A DNA stretch of 64,000 nucleotides from Desulfobacterales bacterium (GTDB taxonomy: Bacteria; Desulfobacterota; Desulfobacteria; Desulfobacterales; UBA5852). Shown here piece by piece: positions 58,736-64,000 of the stretch. The position numbers and the translations under genes are program-made. The notes under the pieces are model-generated. The model worked only from the letters and a program-made list of their open reading frames with translations, searched no databases and was not told where the DNA came from. Within the stretch, counting starts at the first letter, position 1; each line of letters starts with the position of its first letter. The stretch lies in the NCBI GenBank assembly GCA_963674755.2, contig CAXXVS010000002.1:416001-480000 (forward strand). The letters run 5' to 3'.

Positions 58736-61090
58736 TTACTGGCCGGTAAACTCAAAGCCCATTTTGGTCTGAAAATCTTCCACGCGTTTGAAAATTTCCT
58801 TGAGCATGGTCTGCTCGATACGGGAGAGTTTCTTGGGGTTGATATAGTTGTCGGGCTTGCGGTTCTCTTCAATAATGGCCGTGATCTGGCGGACGAAACG
58901 CATTTGCATCATAAAGCTGTAGGAACGGGAGATGTCATTGTAATCCTTGGAAGGCAGGTGGCCCTTTTCGTGCAGCTGATAGAGCCGGTCCATGGTGTTG
59001 GTTTCTTCGATAGAATTTTTTAGGGCGTGGATACGGGCAAAATCCACCACGGGCTGCATGGCCTGTTTGATGTCGAAGGCGTCGCGGTGTTCGCCTTTGG
59101 ATTCCACCACGAAGTTGCGGAAGAAGCCCAGGGGAGGCTTGAAATGCAGGGCATTTTCCGTCATGTGCCGGAAAAAACCCGACCAACCCGTGAGGGATTC
59201 GAACAGGTGGCGGCGCAGGTGGTCGATCATTGTGAAATCACCATAGGCGCCTCGAAAATCGAAAAAGATGCTGGCGTGCAGCAAATCCTCGGCCTCGGCC
59301 GTGTGAATCCATTCCGAGAATTTAGTGCACCAGGCCGACAGCGGCTGGCACCAACTCGGGTTCATCGCCATGACGCCGCCTTCACAGAAGGCATATCCGA
59401 TCTCGTCCAGCCAGGTGCAGACAGTCTCGCCGAAGTTCAGGAAATAGGCCTTGGTGGACGGCAATTGATCTTCCGGAACGTCCTGGAAGATAATGGCATT
59501 GTCCTGGTCGGTTTTGAGGGTTTGCTCCCGCCGGCCCTCACTGCCCATGATCATGAAGACGAAAGGCACCGGCGGCGGTCCGTTTTGTTCGAGGGCGATT
59601 TCGATCAGACGATGAAGAATGGCGTCGGAGACCGTCGAGATCAAGCGGGTGACGTTTTCCGCCCGGGCACCACTGCTGATCAGATTATGGACCAGTCCGG
59701 GAATGCGGTCCTGCTGGGCCTTGAGCTCCTCACGGGAAAGGGCCGAAGCAATTTCCCGCACGATAAAAAGCGGGGACTGGCCCTGGGCCGCGAGCAGGTC
59801 GCGGCTGGTGATGGAACCGACGACCTGTCCCTTGCCATTCTGGACAGCGAGATGCTTGAGTTTTTTCTGCATCATCACGAGCATGGCTTCGAATACCGAC
59901 AATTGCTCCGGGATCATCCCCAAGGGCGAGGACATGATAGCGGAAATGGGAATGTTCGTTTCCAGCCCCTGGACGATGACGCGATTGCGCAGGTCGGTAT
60001 CCGTCACGATGCCGATATGATGGTCCTCGTCGTCCTGAACAAAGATGGAGCTGCACTTGCGTCGGCTCATCAGGGTTGCGGCCTGCTGGACCGGTACGCT
60101 GTGATTGCAGGAGAGAATGTCGCGGTTCATCAGTTGGGCGACCGAGACGTTGAAAATATGGACGGTTTCGTCCTTGGGAAGGATGCGCCGGGCGAAGATC
60201 TCAGCATAGGAGCGGTCCAGCATGCGTTTGCCGAAAGTGTCGGTGAAATATTCGGTAAAGGAGGGGCAGCGTTTGCAGAGACGCAGGAAATGCTTTTCAG
60301 GCAGGGCATAGAGATAGGCTTCCTCTTCGACGCGCAGGGTACGAACGGAAATGCCGTTGTTGAGCAGCATGGAAATACCGCCGTAACAATCGCCTTCACC
60401 CAGGTAGCCCTTGAGACTCTTTTTCCCGGTTTGTTCGTAGTAGAGCTCCGCCGCGCCCTTATGGACAATGTAAAGGTAGTCCACCCGCGATTGGCCCTGC
60501 ACGAACAGCAGGGTTCCCGGGTTATGGTGGATCAGGGACAGGTGGGCGATCATGTCATCCAGATCGGTATCGGACAGGAATGAAAAGGGTACGACGCGGC
60601 TGAGAAAATCCCGGGCCTGGCCGGTCACCAGAATCGAGGAATAGGATTCGTTCTGGCGGCGTTGCCGAAAGGCCTGGGTGAAATAGTCCCGGAATGGCGG
60701 GTGACCCTCGCACATGGTCAGAAACCGCTCGGCCGGTATGGCATAGAAGATGGCATCGTCTTCCACTTTGGCCGTGCGTACTGCCACGCCGGCATTCATC
60801 AGAACCGATATCCCGCCGAACGTCTCGCCGGCCACCATGCGGGCCCCCAGGGTTTTCGCCCCTTCCTGTTCATAGTAAAGTTCGATGGCGCCTTTACGAA
60901 TGTAGAAGATTTTACCAATCGCGGTTTTGGCCTGCTCCGCCACGAGCTGGCCACGTTTTGCTTTAATTTCAGTGGTCCATTCGGCCAGCTCTTCGATTGT
61001 TTCTGACGGTAGGCGCCTAAAAGGCTCTGCCGTGGAATAGACAGCTAGTGCGTCTTTAAAAAGACTACTTCTGGTCGTTTTTTTGGGCAT
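58736..61090 (-). CDS. Tandem cNMP-binding + CBS pair + DUF294 nucleotidyltransferase-like protein
   Basis: Two similar cNMP-like repeats; CBS (GIVTDTDLR, GSITSRDL); GSEGRREQTLKTDQDN; MAMNPSW, IFFDFR, FDIK. Confidence 0.9.
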   Translation of the reverse strand: MPKKTTRSSLFKDALAVYSTAEPFRRLPSETIEELAEWTTEIKAKRGQLVAEQAKTAIGKIFYIRKGAIELYYEQEGAKTLGARMVAGETFGGISVLMNAGVAVRTAKVEDDAIFYAIPAERFLTMCEGHPPFRDYFTQAFRQRRQNESYSSILVTGQARDFLSRVVPFSFLSDTDLDDMIAHLSLIHHNPGTLLFVQGQSRVDYLYIVHKGAAELYYEQTGKKSLKGYLGEGDCYGGISMLLNNGISVRTLRVEEEAYLYALPEKHFLRLCKRCPSFTEYFTDTFGKRMLDRSYAEIFARRILPKDETVHIFNVSVAQLMNRDILSCNHSVPVQQAATLMSRRKCSSIFVQDDEDHHIGIVTDTDLRNRVIVQGLETNIPISAIMSSPLGMIPEQLSVFEAMLVMMQKKLKHLAVQNGKGQVVGSITSRDLLAAQGQSPLFIVREIASALSREELKAQQDRIPGLVHNLISSGARAENVTRLISTVSDAILHRLIEIALEQNGPPPVPFVFMIMGSEGRREQTLKTDQDNAIIFQDVPEDQLPSTKAYFLNFGETVCTWLDEIGYAFCEGGVMAMNPSWCQPLSAWCTKFSEWIHTAEAEDLLHASIFFDFRGAYGDFTMIDHLRRHLFESLTGWSGFFRHMTENALHFKPPLGFFRNFVVESKGEHRDAFDIKQAMQPVVDFARIHALKNSIEETNTMDRLYQLHEKGHLPSKDYNDISRSYSFMMQMRFVRQITAIIEENRKPDNYINPKKLSRIEQTMLKEIFKRVEDFQTKMGFEFTGQ

Positions 61091-61132
61091 GCCATCACTC
61101 CATTGTTAGCGATCCCTGTCTCGGGAGATTTC

Positions 61133-63316
61133 TCAATAACGGAGACGGGCGAAATAGGTTTTTTCCGAAGCCGCACGTGCTTGCTGAAGCGTGTAAATGC
61201 CCTTTTTGGCCAACAGAGGAATTAATTTCAGGAACATATTAGCGGTTGCCAGTGCGTCGCCCATCGCTGTGTGGCGTCCCGTAACGTCGATTCCCAATCG
61301 CTGGGCAATGGTCATGAGGTTGTGGTTTTCCTGGGCCGGATGAACCACGTGCGACAGCAGCATCGTGTCCAGCACCGGATTGATAAACCGAATCCCGGTT
61401 TCGGCTTCCTTGATCTGCAGCATCCGCATGTCAAAGGCGGCATTGTGGGCGACCAGGATCGTGCCTTCGGCAAACTGATGGAAGCGTGGCAGAACGTCGC
61501 GGATGACAGGTTGCTCGCGAAGATCCTTTTCCTGGATACCATGAATTTGGATCGATTCCCAGCGCAAGGGCCGCATGGGGTTGACCAGCTGGTCGAAGCG
61601 GTCGTCGGCCACCAGACGGTTGTTGACGATGCGGACGGCCCCGATGGAGATAATCTCATCCCCACCCCGGGGGTCGAGTCCGGTCGTTTCGGTGTCGAAA
61701 ACGGTATAGGTCAATTCCGTCAGCCGACGGTTGTCGACGGAGGGATCCTGACCGGGCTGATTGAAAAGATCGAAATCATAGAACTCCGGCCGGCTGTCCG
61801 GGATGATCGTAGGTTGGCGCGGCAGCTCGCAGGCGGTCTGGGGCACGGCCGGCAGGATCAGTCGCAATCCCGACCAACCACGTGACGGTTTGCTGTAGGG
61901 CCAAATTTCGGCATCATGGAGCCGGATGACTTCTCCCAGGGTCAGCGGCAGCCCCTGATCGGGCAGACTTAAGACATTGTCTTCCCAGGTGCGGACCGTG
62001 TCCATGCGAATCGGCCTTCCCTTCCAGCGAAGATCGAAATAGATCAATCCGTCGGTTTTACGAACCCGGCACGCAAATTCGCGCACATCGACTTCACTGC
62101 TGAGCCGCTGTAGCAGAAACAGTACGGCCAGGGAGAATGAGTAGTTATCCGTTCCCAGCTGAAGGTCTTCTTCATAGGTTTCGGGACGAAATTTAATCTG
62201 CAGCAAATGATTGGCCTTGACCGCAATTTTTTCCAGCATGGTAGACGCGCGTGTTTCGATCAGGGGCCATTGGGAATGCGGCCGTTGAAGATGCTTCGAA
62301 GAATGCTGCCCGAGAATGTTGCCGATGCGAAGGGATTCCTGGTAGATGATGCGGATAAATTCACGGCTTCTCTCAAGAGGCATCTCCGGAAATTCCATCA
62401 TCGTTTCAACGGCAGCACGCACACCAGCCAGGGGGGTCCGTATGCCGCCACTCAATGATTGCAGGAGGAGATGGGTCTGATTGTCCGATTCAATCTGCGA
62501 TGTTATGTCGGAAAAGATCAGGATGAAACCGGTGAAGAGGCGCTGATAACTGAGGACCGGAACCATCTCGCTTCGCAGGTGGCGACCCTCGTTGCCGACG
62601 ACGACAAAGTAGGAAGCCACCGTGGCCTCGTCACTGGCGAGCTTTTCGGTGATTTCAGCAAGCGCTTCGGAGACGAGATGGCGGTCGATGATTTCGAAAA
62701 TGGACCGGCCCAGTCCGAAGAACGGGTGTGCGGGGGGGGGCGGGTCGGCGGCGGTCAGCGCCTCTTCACCATGGTCTTCCCTCCTGGGGCTGAAGAAGTT
62801 GCGGGCCTGTCGGTTGAAGAAGAGGATCTGCCCGTCGCGGTTGCATATCAGAACCCCTTCCGGAAGTTCAGACATGATGACGGCCAGAATGTTTTTTTCT
62901 TTTTCAACCTCGGATTTGGCTTCCAGCACGCGGCTCGTGACAGCATTTTCCAGCTGTTGGTAGTGCTCGGCGTTTTCATTGATGGTATCAATCACGCGGT
63001 TGACCACCTTGCTGCCCTCGCGTTTGATCCGGTGGCCGGCGTTGACGGTGTGGATCAGCTCGATTTCTTCGGGGAGCCGGTTGAGGGGCAGAATATAACT
63101 GTGGAAGATGCCGTCCAGAGCGAATCCAATGGCGGCAATGAAAAGGATTATGGCAACAAAAATGTAGATGAAGTGGGTTTTGACAATGTCCATCAGCATG
63201 ACCTGTTGATCCGGAAGCAGTTGCTGCCAGAAAAACAGCGCCATACCGACGAAGATCAGCATGGTGATGATAATCGACACCCCGGCGAACCACCAGAATT
63301 TATTCGTCGGATCCAT
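61133..63316 (-). CDS. Membrane-anchored PAS / degenerate histidine-kinase-fold protein with C-terminal DEDDh 3'-5' exonuclease
   Basis: Two N-terminal TMs; PAS (LPEGVLICNRDGQILFFN); His-less H-box-like SGGIRTPL; SRPEFYDFDLF linker; VFDTETTG, HNAAFD, HTAMGDA. Confidence 0.88.
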   Translation of the reverse strand: MDPTNKFWWFAGVSIIITMLIFVGMALFFWQQLLPDQQVMLMDIVKTHFIYIFVAIILFIAAIGFALDGIFHSYILPLNRLPEEIELIHTVNAGHRIKREGSKVVNRVIDTINENAEHYQQLENAVTSRVLEAKSEVEKEKNILAVIMSELPEGVLICNRDGQILFFNRQARNFFSPRREDHGEEALTAADPPPPAHPFFGLGRSIFEIIDRHLVSEALAEITEKLASDEATVASYFVVVGNEGRHLRSEMVPVLSYQRLFTGFILIFSDITSQIESDNQTHLLLQSLSGGIRTPLAGVRAAVETMMEFPEMPLERSREFIRIIYQESLRIGNILGQHSSKHLQRPHSQWPLIETRASTMLEKIAVKANHLLQIKFRPETYEEDLQLGTDNYSFSLAVLFLLQRLSSEVDVREFACRVRKTDGLIYFDLRWKGRPIRMDTVRTWEDNVLSLPDQGLPLTLGEVIRLHDAEIWPYSKPSRGWSGLRLILPAVPQTACELPRQPTIIPDSRPEFYDFDLFNQPGQDPSVDNRRLTELTYTVFDTETTGLDPRGGDEIISIGAVRIVNNRLVADDRFDQLVNPMRPLRWESIQIHGIQEKDLREQPVIRDVLPRFHQFAEGTILVAHNAAFDMRMLQIKEAETGIRFINPVLDTMLLSHVVHPAQENHNLMTIAQRLGIDVTGRHTAMGDALATANMFLKLIPLLAKKGIYTLQQARAASEKTYFARLRY

Positions 63317-63719
63317 CAGCCAGTTCCAGCAGCTTTCTTACGTTGTCCATGATTTCAGAATTGGAAAAGGGCTTGGTGATGTAACCATCGGCGCCGGAGG
63401 CGATTCCCTTGGCCACGTCGATGTCGCGGGTCATGGCTGAAACGAACAGGATGCGTGTGCCTGCCAACTGAGGGGTCTCGCGTACCATTTGGCAAATTTC
63501 GAAGCCGTCCGGATCAGCAATCATGGCTTCCAGCAGGACTAGGTCCGGATTGTAATCCACAATGAACTGAAGGGCGGCTTCACCGCTACTAGCAGTCCGA
63601 ACCTCGTAACCGCTCTGTTCCAGGAGATATTTGAGGGGAATCGTGGTACCCGGCTCGTGGTCCGCTATGAGAATGCGGCCTCGCGGGCGGGATGTTGGGT
63701 CGGGTAGATCCGCGGCCAT
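63300..63719 (-). CDS. Stand-alone receiver with Glu at the phosphoacceptor position
   Basis: ILIADHE, PDLVLLEAM, FVSA, YITKPF; overlaps the start of the exonuclease gene. Confidence 0.85.
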   Translation of the reverse strand: MAADLPDPTSRPRGRILIADHEPGTTIPLKYLLEQSGYEVRTASSGEAALQFIVDYNPDLVLLEAMIADPDGFEICQMVRETPQLAGTRILFVSAMTRDIDVAKGIASGADGYITKPFSNSEIMDNVRKLLELADGSDE

Positions 63720-64000
63720 AAGAAACCCCGTATGAGATTGACCCATATTGGGAATAATCCTGCCGGAGGGGACTCCTTACAACGTTCACCAGGCGATTTA
63801 TTGCGATCCGGCAGTCTAAGCGCCGACAGCATGGCGGTTCATGCGCCGGCGCTTAAGATTGCCTGGTGTGCTGTTGCAGCGGACCTTTTTATTGATCGGC
63901 AGGCCCGGCCGACGATGATTGCGGGACGCCCCCCCCGCATTGCCTGCCCGAAGGGTAGGGATTCGGTCAGGCAACACGGAGAGGTCATCCCGTTCGGCAC

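Noticed and set aside
61133..63316. dnaQ (DNA polymerase III epsilon)
   Set aside because: The DEDDh domain is fused to TM/PAS domains and paired with DUF294, which does not fit a replicative proofreader.
1794..63352. Many long antisense or alternative-frame ORFs (e.g. 1794..3113, 19885..21270, 33895..35274, 59027..60583)
   Set aside because: They overlap well-supported genes and have no family motifs; shadow ORFs are expected at this GC content.
1..64000. CRISPR arrays, tRNA/rRNA, transposases, prophage
   Set aside because: No regularly spaced repeats, tRNA arms, or mobile-element protein motifs were recognised by eye.

Overview
GC-rich bacterial chromosome segment whose gene content (many sigma54/two-component modules, rubrerythrin-type proteins, c-di-GMP-I riboswitch) suggests an anaerobic Desulfobacterota (deltaproteobacterial) organism; this assignment is an inference. 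I found no prophage, IS element, CRISPR array, tRNA or rRNA. Left part (1-12 kb, + strand): a PEP-utilising phosphotransferase, then a sigma54-driven cluster with two Cache-type histidine kinases, four receiver proteins and two divergent SLC13/DASS transporters. 12-28.5 kb (- strand): PAS kinase and NtrC-type activator, then a sigma54-driven run of acetate-CoA ligase/GNAT, receiver, CBS-ACT, two USPs, CstA, CBM48 protein, PPi-type PFK, a class V FBP aldolase/phosphatase homologue that has lost catalytic residues, two small proteins and an ArsA/GET3 ATPase; a cytidylate-kinase-like gene follows with its own sigma54 promoter and the same upstream palindrome. The middle holds ABC/TesA/SprT genes, an acyl-CoA dehydrogenase-rubredoxin fusion, and a WYL regulator divergent from a 56-aa ORF missing from the ORF track, with a palindromic operator between them. 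Housekeeping genes follow: pgm, argC, folD, c-di-GMP-I riboswitch plus M23 peptidase, secA, clpS-clpA-aat, and trpL-trpEGDCF with an attenuator. The right end holds a pseudo-receiver, a membrane PAS-pseudokinase-DEDDh exonuclease and a tandem-cNMP-CBS-DUF294 nucleotidyltransferase. All family assignments are from motif recognition, not database searches.
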